Made by a program: the position numbers and the translations under genes | Part shown: in pieces, positions 20,097-29,736 of the stretch | How positions within the stretch are numbered: the stretch's first letter is position 1 | Layout of the letters: every line of letters begins with the position of its first letter | Notes under the pieces: generated by a model | Told to the model about the DNA's origin: nothing | The model's database searches: none | Seen by the model: the letters and a program-made list of their open reading frames with translations, nothing else | Assembly (NCBI GenBank): GCA_965277285.1 | Contig: OZ255721.1 | Location: forward strand, 2,496,001 to 2,560,000 | Direction of reading: 5' to 3' | Origin: Abditibacteriaceae bacterium | GTDB lineage: Bacteria > Armatimonadota > Abditibacteriia > Abditibacteriales > Abditibacteriaceae | Length of the DNA: 64,000 nt

Positions 20097-20330
20097 TTAC
20101 TGTAGTTTGGGCTGATTGGCTTGTGCGGCCTCGATTTGCTCTTTCAAGGTGCCACGCAGCAGCAGAACGTTGCCGTCGCGCAAAGTCACTTGCGTCACGC
20201 GATGTTTGCCCGCCAGAAACAGGCGCGCCGTTTTTTCTTCGACCGCGACGACTTGCGACGGATCGAGATCGTAATCGACTTCGGTGTGATAGCGCGGGTC
20301 AGTGAAAATCCGGCAGTGAATGAGGTTCAT
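20097..20330 (-). CDS. Small hypothetical protein
   Basis: ATGA overlap with the coaX stop; 77 aa, MNLIHCRIFTDPRY... Confidence 0.65.
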   Translation of the reverse strand: MNLIHCRIFTDPRYHTEVDYDLDPSQVVAVEEKTARLFLAGKHRVTQVTLRDGNVLLLRGTLKEQIEAAQANQPKLQ

Positions 20331-21133
20331 AAAACAGCGTTTTTCTTTCGCCACAAAAGGCGCAAACCTTCCAACGTCAAATGCGGCTCGATGTGGCCAA
20401 TCGCGGGAACCAGAGGCGCGATAACTTCGGCCAGACCGCCTGTCGCCAGCGTTTCGAGTACTCGATTGGTGCCCAGAAACGGCTCCATTTCGCGCGTGCA
20501 TCGCTCGACCAATTCTTTCACCAAACCGGCGTAACCGAAAACTATGCCGCTTTGCATCGAACTTGTCGTGTCGCGCGCGAGAGCGCAAGAGGGCGCTTGA
20601 AGTTCGATGCGCGGCAGTTTCGCGGCAGCTTTGTAAAGCGCATCGGACGCGATTCCCAAACCAGGCGCAATCGCGCCGCCCAGATAATGTCCGTCGTGTG
20701 AAACTGCGTCCACCGTTGTCGCGGTTCCAAAATCAACGATGAGACACGCGCAACCGAACTTTTCGCGCGACGCCAGAGCGTTCACCAAACGGTCGGCGCC
20801 CACCGCTTCAGGCGGATTGTAATCGTTGACCAAACCAAAATCGGTGTTTTTATCAATTGTGAAAACGTCGCAATTGAAAAAACGCGCGCTCATTTGCACG
20901 ACTTGTGGCGTCAGCGGCGGCACAACCGAACAAATCGCCACGCCATGCACATCGGCAAAACGCAGATTTTCCAAATCGAAACAGTTCTTTAGCAATGCGC
21001 CCAATTCATCGCCCGTGCGCTCGCGCTGCGAGGAAAAACGCCACTGCGCCGCCAGAACATCATCGCCAGAAGTGCTTTCGCGCCACACGCCGCAAGTAAT
21101 GTTGGTGTTGCCGATGTCGAGAACGAGAAGCAT
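20327..21133 (-). CDS. coaX: Type III pantothenate kinase
   Basis: LDIGNTN, GADR, DFGTATT, GGAIAPG and ATGG motifs. Confidence 0.95.
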   Translation of the reverse strand: MLLVLDIGNTNITCGVWRESTSGDDVLAAQWRFSSQRERTGDELGALLKNCFDLENLRFADVHGVAICSVVPPLTPQVVQMSARFFNCDVFTIDKNTDFGLVNDYNPPEAVGADRLVNALASREKFGCACLIVDFGTATTVDAVSHDGHYLGGAIAPGLGIASDALYKAAAKLPRIELQAPSCALARDTTSSMQSGIVFGYAGLVKELVERCTREMEPFLGTNRVLETLATGGLAEVIAPLVPAIGHIEPHLTLEGLRLLWRKKNAVL

Positions 21134-21141
21134 TTTGGGAG

Positions 21142-21211
21142 TTCTCAATTTTGAATTCTTAGTTTTGAGTTAAAGGTCGTCAACTCAAAACTAAGAATTC
21201 AAAATTGAGAA
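21142..21211. repeat. Perfect 30-bp AT-rich inverted repeat built from heptamer-like units
   Basis: TTCTCAATTTTGAATTCTTAGTTTTGAGTT / AACTCAAAACTAAGAATTCAAAATTGAGAA with a 10-nt loop. Confidence 0.9.
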
Positions 21212-21217
21212 TTGAAG

Positions 21218-21436
21218 TTACTCCGCGCTTTCCGGCACCGCTTGCGCCGCAGCTTTGAAGCCGACTTTGCTGTGCTGGCCGTCGCAGAACGGCTTGTTGA
21301 CGCTGGCGCCGCAACGACACAAGGCGACTTTTCCGCTGCTGGCGTCAATTGCGTTGCCGTTGCTGTCCGTCAATTCAATTGGTCCTTGCACCAAAAACGG
21401 CCCATTGTCCAACACTGTAATTTTTACATCTGCCAT
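21218..21436 (-). CDS. CDGSH iron-sulfur domain protein
   Basis: LCRCGASVNKPFCDGQH motif. Confidence 0.92.
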   Translation of the reverse strand: MADVKITVLDNGPFLVQGPIELTDSNGNAIDASSGKVALCRCGASVNKPFCDGQHSKVGFKAAAQAVPESAE

Positions 21437-21523
21437 TGTTTTCTTCTCCACTAAACACGAAATCGAGTACTCGAAACCGCTGTTTGCGCGCTTCGACTAA
21501 TCGTAACTTCTATTGTTACACAT

Positions 21524-22726
21524 TTAAGACTTGTCGTCAGTTAGCAGCGGCTGGTTTTTTAGGTTTTCGTCTGCAGCGGAAGATTTGCGCGAACTGGTGG
21601 GATGCAGGTTTTCGACTTGCGTGAAAGCGGCGTCGAGTTTGATTTTGGCGATGTGAGGGCGCAAAAGCGACGCGCGCAAAAGGTCGCGTTCCATGCTGTG
21701 AATGGAGCGGCCATGCAAAACCTGCATATAAGCTGGACGAATCCACACCAGCAGTTCGTTGAAGCGTTGGCGCGTCAAGCCTTTGGCCCAATCCATTTCG
21801 TGCGCCAATCGCAGCATGGAAAGCGCGTCGGTCGCTTCGCGGCAGCCGATGCGTCGTGCGAAACGCAAAACGCCGTAAGCGCGCCCGATGGAATCACGCG
21901 CTTCGTTGCTCCACTTTTCTGTTTTTAACAGTTCGCGGGCGCGTCGTTCCATGTCGCAGAGTTCGCGGGCGGCGTTTTCGGTTTGCAAGAGCGTTTCGGT
22001 TTCATCGACGCCCAGCGTGAGTTGGTTGGACAATTGGTGCAAATGTCCCCAGATTTTGGAGCCTTCGCCGAAACTGCCGCGCAACGTCATTTGTTTATCG
22101 TCCGCCCATTTGCGCGCGCGATCGATTTTGCCAGTTATTTCCAAAGCCAGCAAATGCAGCATCACGCTGGCGCGCACGCCGGTTCCGGCATTGGTCGGGC
22201 ACGTCGTCAGATAACCGAAAGTGTCGGAATAAGCGTAGCCACCGTGCGCATCGAACCACGTTTCCAGAGCGTCATCGAGCTTGTCGACAACGGCGTGCGC
22301 AGCGTCGAGTTGCAGGCCAGGCAACAAACTTTGCAATCGCAAGTGATCTTCTTCGTTGATGAGAACCGCCAAACTCGCATCGGCGGAAGCGACAATGCCG
22401 CGTCCCAATTCGTCTTCGATGTGCTCGCGCGAGGTGACGTAGCGGTCGATCAGGCTTTGGCGTTCCCAACCGTTGAAGTTTTCAAACCAGAGTTGACGAC
22501 CGTCGCTGAGTCCGCCGGAGTTTTCGGCGGTCGCGTGCAAGGCTTGCAAGGTGCGATGACGAATAACGAGCAAGTCGCGCGGACTGGCGCGATGCGGAAA
22601 CTCGAAACGCTTCATGTTGCGCGCCAGGCGCACGCGCGACGACAGCACGACATCGTTTTCGTGACCGCCGCGACGCATCCAGCGCGCCGTGCGGTCGAAA
22701 TAAGTGAGAAGAAGCGGAGGAGTCAT
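21524..22726 (-). CDS. mcsB: Protein arginine kinase McsB (ATP:guanido phosphotransferase)
   Basis: SSRVRLARN, INEEDHLR and GYLTTCPTNAGTG motifs. Confidence 0.9.
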   Translation of the reverse strand: MTPPLLLTYFDRTARWMRRGGHENDVVLSSRVRLARNMKRFEFPHRASPRDLLVIRHRTLQALHATAENSGGLSDGRQLWFENFNGWERQSLIDRYVTSREHIEDELGRGIVASADASLAVLINEEDHLRLQSLLPGLQLDAAHAVVDKLDDALETWFDAHGGYAYSDTFGYLTTCPTNAGTGVRASVMLHLLALEITGKIDRARKWADDKQMTLRGSFGEGSKIWGHLHQLSNQLTLGVDETETLLQTENAARELCDMERRARELLKTEKWSNEARDSIGRAYGVLRFARRIGCREATDALSMLRLAHEMDWAKGLTRQRFNELLVWIRPAYMQVLHGRSIHSMERDLLRASLLRPHIAKIKLDAAFTQVENLHPTSSRKSSAADENLKNQPLLTDDKS

Positions 22727-22879
22727 GTCAGGAGGCAGTTGGCAGCGGCAAGAAGTCGAAATCGAGTACTCGATTGGATGAAATCAACGAACTCGGAACG
22801 TCAGTGACGGGTGAACTATCACTGACATCAAACTCTGAGTTCACCCGTCACTGACGTTCCGAGTTCGTTTACAAAGTGT

Positions 22880-23350
22880 TCAGCCGTCCACGATTGTCGA
22901 GGCAACGATTTTGATTTTGTCGCGCAGTTTGGCGGCTTCTTCGTAGTTTTCGCGTTCAAGACTTTCTTTCAATCGCCGTTGCAGCATTTCCAATCGGTTG
23001 TCGCGGCGCTGGCGCAAATGAATCAAGCGCATCTGGCGCTTGAGCATGGCGCGCGGCGTTTTCCCCGCGTGCTGCGAGGTTTTTTGCACGCGCTCCATCA
23101 CGTTCGCCAACTCCTGCGAAAACGCGACGTAGCATTGAGCGCAACCGGCGCGCCCATCCTGCTTCAACCTGTCCCACGTCATGCCGCATTTGGCGCAGCG
23201 GCTCGATTCGACGCGCGAAGGTTCCGTTCTTTCGTCCGGTCGTGCGCGACCCAGCAGGCGCTCGAAATCTTCTTCGCTCATCTGCGCCGGTTCGTCGCCC
23301 GCGATTTCGTCTTCGTAATCGTCTTCCGGTTGAGAAAATTCGTCTTGCAT
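22880..23350 (-). CDS. mcsA: McsA-like protein (C-terminal zinc site plus UVR domain only)
   Basis: CAKCG...GRAGCAQCY, HAGKTP and ENYEEAAKLRDKI; directly upstream of mcsB. Confidence 0.8.
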   Translation of the reverse strand: MQDEFSQPEDDYEDEIAGDEPAQMSEEDFERLLGRARPDERTEPSRVESSRCAKCGMTWDRLKQDGRAGCAQCYVAFSQELANVMERVQKTSQHAGKTPRAMLKRQMRLIHLRQRRDNRLEMLQRRLKESLERENYEEAAKLRDKIKIVASTIVDG

Positions 23351-23542
23351 GATCGTGAAGCCAAGATTCGAGTACTCGAATGCGTTTAGAAGTTGTTTGA
23401 GAAGTTCACGGAACGCTTTGAGATTAAGAGTTTGTCATTCTGAGCCGTAGCGAAGAATCTAACACTATGCCAGATTCTTCTCTTCGCTCAGAATGACAAA
23501 CTGCTACTTTTCAATGCTGTTTTCTATTTTGCAAACTGCTTC

Positions 23543-23950
23543 TTACAACATCGCTAATTTGCGCGGTTCCTCGTCGGAATCGGGAGTGTTCTGTTGAGCG
23601 CGCAATCGTGCATTGAGGTCTTTTTCCGCCTGCAGCGCATTTTCGTAACGCGTGATAATTTCCAAGTTCGCCATGCGCTCTTCCAACTGCTTCAAATCGC
23701 CCGCTGGCGGCGCGGCAATTTGACGTTGCCCCAACGCGCCCCACACGGCTGCCGTTCCAAAAGCCGCCGCACCGATGACAGCCAAAGGAACGAGCATGGT
23801 GAGAATCGCAGCGAACATATTGCCGCTTGCCGCCGCGCCGCCCACCAAGGGAATACAAAGCGCCAGCATCAGGCTGGCAAACTTCCAGATGCGCGTCGTG
23901 GCATTGATACGCACGTCGGCATCTTCCACGTTCTTGATTTGATGGTTCAT
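23543..23950 (-). CDS. Hypothetical membrane protein with a coiled-coil tail
   Basis: Two TM segments, LEERMANLE, GGAG RBS. Confidence 0.7.
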   Translation of the reverse strand: MNHQIKNVEDADVRINATTRIWKFASLMLALCIPLVGGAAASGNMFAAILTMLVPLAVIGAAAFGTAAVWGALGQRQIAAPPAGDLKQLEERMANLEIITRYENALQAEKDLNARLRAQQNTPDSDEEPRKLAML

Positions 23951-23973
23951 CGTTTCTCCTCATTTCAACAATT

Positions 23974-24861
23974 TCAATCGAACAACGACTCGCCTTCGCT
24001 GTGCGTCAATTCACGATAACGCGCCATCAACTGTTTTGTGATCGCACCAGGTTCGCCATTGCCGATTTTGCGATTGTCCAGCATCGTCAAAGGCACGACT
24101 TCAGCCGCGGTTCCCGTCAAAAACGCTTCTTCGGCGCTGTAAATATCGAAGAGCGCGATGTCGCGCTCGACGCAACGAATGCCGCTTTCTTCGGCAATGC
24201 GCATCACGGCATCGCGCGTAATTCCTTCGAGTGCGCCTGCTGTAATCGGTGGCGTGCGCAGTTCGGTTTTGCCGCTATAATCGCGCACCAAAATAAAGAC
24301 GTTATCGGCTGAGCATTCGGCGACCAAGCCTTGATCGTTCAGCATGATACATTCGGGAACACTGGCGCGAATGCACTCGATCTTCGCCAGAATGTGGTTC
24401 AAATAGTTCAACGATTTAATCGCCGGAGAAAGCACATCGGGACGCGAACGACGCGTTGAAGCGGTGATACATTCCATGCCATGTTCATAGACTTCGGCGG
24501 GATAAAGTTTGATGGCGTCCGCGATGACGATAACGGTCGGCGTCGGGCATTTGCGCGGATCAAGTCCCAAATCGCCCGCGCCGCGCGAAATCACGACGCG
24601 AACGTAGCCATTCGGCATTTCGTTGGCGCGCACCGTTTCGATGATGGCGGCTTTGAGTTCATCGTTGCTCATCGGCCATTCGAGCAGAATCGCTTTGGCC
24701 GAGCGGCGCAAACGTTCGAGATGTTCATCCAAACGAAAGATGCGACCGTTGTAAACGCGCAAACCCTCGAAAACGCCGTCGCCGTAAAGAAAACCGTGAT
24801 CGAAAACCGAGACTACGGCGTTTTCTTTGTCCACCAATTTGTTGTTGAGAAAAATCTTCAT
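23974..24861 (-). CDS. ilvE: Branched-chain amino acid aminotransferase
   Basis: DHGFLYGDGVFEG, KSLNY, LEGITR and FLTGTAAE motifs. Confidence 0.95.
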   Translation of the reverse strand: MKIFLNNKLVDKENAVVSVFDHGFLYGDGVFEGLRVYNGRIFRLDEHLERLRRSAKAILLEWPMSNDELKAAIIETVRANEMPNGYVRVVISRGAGDLGLDPRKCPTPTVIVIADAIKLYPAEVYEHGMECITASTRRSRPDVLSPAIKSLNYLNHILAKIECIRASVPECIMLNDQGLVAECSADNVFILVRDYSGKTELRTPPITAGALEGITRDAVMRIAEESGIRCVERDIALFDIYSAEEAFLTGTAAEVVPLTMLDNRKIGNGEPGAITKQLMARYRELTHSEGESLFD

Positions 24862-25040
24862 GTTAGTTGACGGTTATCAATTTTCGGCTGCATCGAGTAC
24901 TGGATTGGAAGCTAATTCAAGAGTCCGGAAAATGAGAGTTTGTCATTCTGAGCGCAGCGAAGAATCTTACTGAACATAGATTCTTCGCTGCGCTGAGAAT
25001 GACAAACTTCCAATTCACTCGATTTATAGAAAACTCGTTG

Positions 25041-26084
25041 CTATCGCAGCGGCAGTTCGACCCAGTTGCCGGTTTCGATGGATTGTTCCATCGCAATCAC
25101 CATTTCCAGCGCCTTGTAAGATTCTTCGCCTGGAATCGGGTTCGGCTTGCGTCCCAGAACGGCATCGACAAAGTCCTGAATGACGCCCAAGTACCATTTA
25201 TCGGACGTGTTGGCGACCATTTCCCCGACATCGAAGACTTCGCGCTCCTGGCCTTTTGCGGCGCCCTTGTGATAAACGACGACCGGCGCGCCCGGCTCGA
25301 CGCTCAAGCGCAAAACGCCGTTGGCGCAAAACGCAGTGAACGAGTTGTCTTCGGTTCCGTGACACGTCCAGCTGGTCGAAATGATGCCCAGAGCGCCGCT
25401 ATCGAACTGCACCAACGCCTGGCTGTTGTCTTCCACATCGCCTGGCTTTTCCAGCGTCGCTTTCTGCGCGATGATGCGCTTGGCTTCCAGGCCCGTCAGA
25501 AAGCGCACAAGGTCGCATTTATGAACACCCAAATCGGCCAATGGGCCAAAGCCTGAAATCGATTTATTGAAGAACCACTCGCTGGTTTTGCTCCAGCTTT
25601 CCGGGCCGGGATGCGCGAATGTCGTCTGGATGTGCGAAATCTTGCCCAGCTTGCCCGATTTCAAAATCTCGCGCGCTTTCTGGTGCGGCTTGCTGTAACG
25701 TTGCGATTGGTCGATCATCAAGACCAAACCTTTTTTGTTTGCCGTGTCGATCATCGCTTGCGCGTCGTCCAAAGTCAGCGCCATCGGCTTTTCGCACAAA
25801 ACGTGGACGCCCGCTTCGAGAGCTTTCAGCGAAACGCTGGCGTGAAGATGATTGCGCTCGCAAACGCTGATCGCCTGCACGCCGCTGTTGACGAACTCGT
25901 CTAAATTGTCATAAAACTTGACGCCTTTGGGTTCATATTCGGCGATGACATCTTTGCAAAACGACAAATCGCCGTTATACATGGCGACCAGTTCGCAATC
26001 CGGCGATTCTTCGTATTCGTGGATGTGCAGCACTTTGGCGATCTGTCCCAAACCGGCGACGCCAACTTTCAATTTCTCACTCAT
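25041..26084 (-). CDS. Gfo/Idh/MocA family oxidoreductase
   Basis: GVAGLG, HVLCEKP and DLGVH motifs. Confidence 0.92.
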   Translation of the reverse strand: MSEKLKVGVAGLGQIAKVLHIHEYEESPDCELVAMYNGDLSFCKDVIAEYEPKGVKFYDNLDEFVNSGVQAISVCERNHLHASVSLKALEAGVHVLCEKPMALTLDDAQAMIDTANKKGLVLMIDQSQRYSKPHQKAREILKSGKLGKISHIQTTFAHPGPESWSKTSEWFFNKSISGFGPLADLGVHKCDLVRFLTGLEAKRIIAQKATLEKPGDVEDNSQALVQFDSGALGIISTSWTCHGTEDNSFTAFCANGVLRLSVEPGAPVVVYHKGAAKGQEREVFDVGEMVANTSDKWYLGVIQDFVDAVLGRKPNPIPGEESYKALEMVIAMEQSIETGNWVELPLR

Positions 26085-26311
26085 TCCAAACTCCTTTTTA
26101 TTGGTTTACCGCAAAGGCATAAAGACGCAGAGAAAATCAAGAATCGAGTACTCGAAACTCACAACTTGTCATTCTGAGCGCAGCGAAGAATCCCCTTAAA
26201 ATCCCGTTTAACGTCAGGGGATTCTTCGCTGCGCTCAGAATGACAAATTTCTGCGCCAATGCAAATCGTTTTCTCTACCGACTTCGCGTCCTTCGCGGTG
26301 AATTCTCTTCG

Positions 26312-27484
26312 TTAAATCTGTGGTACGTATTCCCATTTCTGCGATGCGGCGGCGCTGTCTACGGCGTCTAAAACAGCATTGACTTGCGCACCATCGCGGA
26401 AATCGGCGTGAACGTCTTCGTGTCGCGCGTGAGCGTTCAGCAAATCGTAAATCGTGTTAATGAACGTGTGTTCGTAGCCGATGATGTGAGCTGTCGGCCA
26501 ATAAGCGCCCGCATAAGGATGGCTGCCTTCGGTCGTTTGAATGGTGCGAAAACCTTTGCGACCGTCCGCATCGGCGTTGTCGTAATATTCCAGTTCGTTC
26601 ATGCGCTCGAAGTTGAAAGCGACGCTGCCTTTGCTGCCGTTAACTTCAAAACTGTTGTGATTTTTGCGCCCCAACGCGTAGCGCGTCGCCTCGAAAGTGC
26701 CGACCGCGCCGCTTTCAAAACGCGCCAAAAACAGCGCCGCGTCGTCAACCGTGACTTCGCCTCTTTTGTCAGCCGCTTTGAAACCACTCAAACCCTCGTT
26801 GCCCGTCGCGGCGGCTTGCAAAGGTCGCTCTTTGATAAAGGTTTCGGTCAATGCCGTCACGCTCGAAATGTTGCCGATCAGATATTGCGCGGTATCGACG
26901 ATGTGCGCGCCCAAATCGCCCAGCGAACCCGAACCGGCGACTTCGCGGCGCAAGCGCCAGCCCAGCGAAACGTTGGGATCAACCAACCAATCCTGCAAAT
27001 ACGTCGCGCGAAAATGGTAGATTTTGCCCAAAGTGCCGTCTTCGATCATTTGTTTGGCGAGAGCAATCGCAGGCACGCGACGATAATTAAAACACACCAT
27101 GTTGACGACTTTGGCTTGTTCGACGGCGGCCAGCATTTCGCGTGCTTCGCTCAGAGTGTTGCCCAGAGGTTTTTCGCAGAGCACGGTTTTTCCGGCTTGC
27201 GCGGCGGCGATGGCCATTTCTTTGTGCTGGTTGCCGGGCGTGCCGATGTCGATGATGTCGATGTCGCTTCGTTCGATCAACTTGCGGAAATCGGTTTCAT
27301 ACGACTGCCAGCCCAAACGGTCGGCGGCTTGGCGCACGTTTTCTTCGTTGCGTCCGCAAATCGCGCGCATCACGGGCTTGACTTCGGGATCGAAGAAGCG
27401 ACTCACCTGGCGATACGCGTTCGAGTGCGCCTTGCCCATGAAAGCGTAGCCGATAAGCCCGATGCCGACTTCTTTCTGTGCCAT
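26312..27484 (-). CDS. Gfo/Idh/MocA family oxidoreductase
   Basis: GYAFMGKAHS, CEKP, FNYRRVPA and GSLGDLGAH motifs. Confidence 0.93.
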   Translation of the reverse strand: MAQKEVGIGLIGYAFMGKAHSNAYRQVSRFFDPEVKPVMRAICGRNEENVRQAADRLGWQSYETDFRKLIERSDIDIIDIGTPGNQHKEMAIAAAQAGKTVLCEKPLGNTLSEAREMLAAVEQAKVVNMVCFNYRRVPAIALAKQMIEDGTLGKIYHFRATYLQDWLVDPNVSLGWRLRREVAGSGSLGDLGAHIVDTAQYLIGNISSVTALTETFIKERPLQAAATGNEGLSGFKAADKRGEVTVDDAALFLARFESGAVGTFEATRYALGRKNHNSFEVNGSKGSVAFNFERMNELEYYDNADADGRKGFRTIQTTEGSHPYAGAYWPTAHIIGYEHTFINTIYDLLNAHARHEDVHADFRDGAQVNAVLDAVDSAAASQKWEYVPQI

Positions 27485-27639
27485 AACCAGAACTCTCCGT
27501 GTTGCGCGAAAAATGAAGTTGAAACTGCTGAAGTTGCTTGCATCTTAACCCAACTTCCAACCCGCGAAAAGGCGCCATCGAGTACTCGATTGTTAGTTGT
27601 GCGATAATAAGGAAGCTGAAAATTTGGGGAGGTGCTGTC

Positions 27640-27890
27640 ATGCAAACCAACAACATAACAAAAAACTTCGAGGAAACGCCCTGCTTTTGAGCGGATGAGC
27701 AAACGCCGCAAAGGCTTCCCGTCCGAAACGCGCGTCAAACGCGGACAACGCATTGTTCACGGCGACAAAGAACTGGCCGAAAAACTGGGCCGCCGCGATC
27801 TGTGTCCGTGCCATTCGGGCCGTCGGTTTCAAGAACTGCTGCCTTCGCTCCGGTCGTTATGACGGCGCCCTGCGCGCCCACTACTTTTAG
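27640..27890 (+). CDS. Small SEC-C zinc-knuckle protein split across three reading frames (candidate programmed +1 frameshifts)
   Basis: GGAGG RBS and ATG 27640 give [16 protein letters not shown]. The +1 frame continues [19 protein letters not shown]...[17 protein letters not shown] second +1 gives [19 protein letters not shown]. Confidence 0.75.
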
Positions 27891-27905
27891 GGAATAAGCA
27901 AACAT

Positions 27906-27940
27906 AAAGGCCGCGCTGAAACTAATCCGCGTGGCCTTTT
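27906..27940 (+). terminator. Intrinsic terminator-like hairpin after the SEC-C gene
   Basis: AAAGGCCGCGC...GCGTGGCCTTTT. Confidence 0.6.
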
Positions 27941-28035
27941 CTGTGGGAAGATTTTACAGCCAACTAACCGCGCGCGGAAGCAAGCGGGCTTATTCGAGAT
28001 TGCGTCAAAGCCCGCTTGCTTCCGCGCGCGGTTGG

Positions 28036-28467
28036 TTAACAGCTACGAACCTGCACCAATTTCTCAATCAACCGTTCCAGCGCGTTTTGCGGATCGTCGC
28101 ACAAGCCGCAATGCGCGACCGAAGTTTGAATGATGGTGCTGCGCGGCGCGACCAGCCAGTGAAACCGTTCGCGCTGCGTCATTTGCCCGATTTGTCCGGC
28201 GCGTTTTCCTCCGGCGCAAACAATTGGAATCGTCTGCAAATGCTCTTCGATTGTTTCGATGTCGACATCGGGCGCAAGCATTTTTAAGCGCGCACTATCG
28301 CAATTGATTTTCGCGTCCAGAAAACGGCGTTCGGAGCAGAACAAAATCACGCCAACGTTGAAACTTTCGCTGCGTTCGATGCGTGGCATGACACGAATAA
28401 TGACGTAATCGAAAGTGACTTTGCAGACGACTTCAGGCGAAGTTTCAGAGGAGGGCGCGTCGTGCAT
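28036..28467 (-). CDS. DUF3037 domain protein
   Basis: FDYVIIRVMPRIERSESFNVGVIL and ERFHWLVAPRSTIIQTS motifs. Confidence 0.9.
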   Translation of the reverse strand: MHDAPSSETSPEVVCKVTFDYVIIRVMPRIERSESFNVGVILFCSERRFLDAKINCDSARLKMLAPDVDIETIEEHLQTIPIVCAGGKRAGQIGQMTQRERFHWLVAPRSTIIQTSVAHCGLCDDPQNALERLIEKLVQVRSC

Positions 28468-29242
28468 TTTGCGCCTCCTCGAGCCAAAGTCGTGGCGATT
28501 CCAAACGTTTCTGCAAATACTCGACGTAAGCGGCGCGATGCAATCGAGTACTCGATTCCTCGCTTTGCGAAAACGGCGCATCCAGCAGCCAACTTTCGGG
28601 AATCAGTTCGACAATGCTTTGGATGACTTGCAATGTCAGAAGCGGCGCCAATTTCGCGTCGGCGGCTTGTAAATCATCGGCGAAAGGCAGCAAAACGTGG
28701 TCTTTGATTTGGGGAAAGCGACTGCGGCTGCGCTCGAGATAATCGTCCCAACTGTGGTGAAAATACAAACTCGCGCCGTGATCGATCAGCCACAATTGTT
28801 TATGCCAGACCAGCATATTGGTGTTGCGCACGGTGCGGTCAACATTCGTCACCAAACTGTCGAACCACACGATTTCCGACGCCAGTTGCGCGTTGTTTTC
28901 AATCGGTTTGGGCACCAGCGGATCGAAAGAAATCGAACCTGGAAGGTAATCGAGCGCGAGATTTAAGCCTGCGCTAACTTTAATCAGTTCGCGGATTTCG
29001 GAATCGGGTTCGCTGCGTCCCAGCAAAGGATCGAGTTCGACCAAGACGATTTCTGGAACCGGCAAACCCAGCATGCGCGCGATTTCGCCGCTGACGAGTT
29101 CGGAAATCAAGGCTTTGGCGCCTTGTCCGGCGCCGCGAAACTTGAGAACGTAAGTTCCGTCGTCATCCGCTTCGACAATCGCCGGCAGCGAACCACCTTC
29201 GCGCAACGGCGTGACATAACGTGTCGCGTGAACAGTTCTCAT
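28445..29242 (-). CDS. HipA-like kinase
   Basis: RYVTPLREGGSLP, KFRGAGQG, NVDRT..NTN and LIDHGA motifs. Confidence 0.9.
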   Translation of the reverse strand: MRTVHATRYVTPLREGGSLPAIVEADDDGTYVLKFRGAGQGAKALISELVSGEIARMLGLPVPEIVLVELDPLLGRSEPDSEIRELIKVSAGLNLALDYLPGSISFDPLVPKPIENNAQLASEIVWFDSLVTNVDRTVRNTNMLVWHKQLWLIDHGASLYFHHSWDDYLERSRSRFPQIKDHVLLPFADDLQAADAKLAPLLTLQVIQSIVELIPESWLLDAPFSQSEESSTRLHRAAYVEYLQKRLESPRLWLEEAQNARRALL

Positions 29243-29721
29243 GGCGTGTTTGGTCGCGTGTCTTGCTCGCGCGTATATTGTTCGCGCACGTTGTCGATGA
29301 AGTTCTGCCACGTCTCGTTCGGCGTCCAAAGACGTTCCATGTCGGCGCGCGCGGCGTCTTCGTTTTCGCCTTGCACGAGCGTGCGATACAAATAAAGAAA
29401 CGCCGAAACGCGCATATTCATGGCGCAATGAACGAGCGTGCGACGGTCGCGGTTTTCTTCCAGCAAACGGAAAACATCGCGCGCCTCTTCGATTTGCGGC
29501 GCGTTCCACTCGACCGGAATGTGAACGTATTCCAGGCCATTTTGCCGCGCGATGTCGCTTTCATTTGGCAGAAAATTGCTGGCATTGGGCGCCGCCAGAT
29601 TGATGACAAGTTCGTAGCCCGCGTTTTTGATGACGGCAAATTGCGCGGGCGATGGTTGCCCGCTCGTCGCAATGCCATTTGGCAACAACAAAAAGTTCGG
29701 CAAGTTGGAAAGTTCGTTCAT
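29239..29721 (-). CDS. Protein-tyrosine/dual-specificity phosphatase-like protein (DUF442-like)
   Basis: TSGQP, VINL and HCAMNMR (CX4R-type P-loop); its stop overlaps the kinase start (ATGA). Confidence 0.85.
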   Translation of the reverse strand: MNELSNLPNFLLLPNGIATSGQPSPAQFAVIKNAGYELVINLAAPNASNFLPNESDIARQNGLEYVHIPVEWNAPQIEEARDVFRLLEENRDRRTLVHCAMNMRVSAFLYLYRTLVQGENEDAARADMERLWTPNETWQNFIDNVREQYTREQDTRPNTP

Positions 29722-29736
29722 TCGAGTACTCGATTG

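Noticed and set aside
26384..27607. 407-aa plus-strand ORF, and similar long shadows at 5478-6629, 18836-19762, 43365-44519, 52282-53232 and 56446-57429
   Set aside because: Antisense to clear genes; expected from codon bias in GC-rich DNA.
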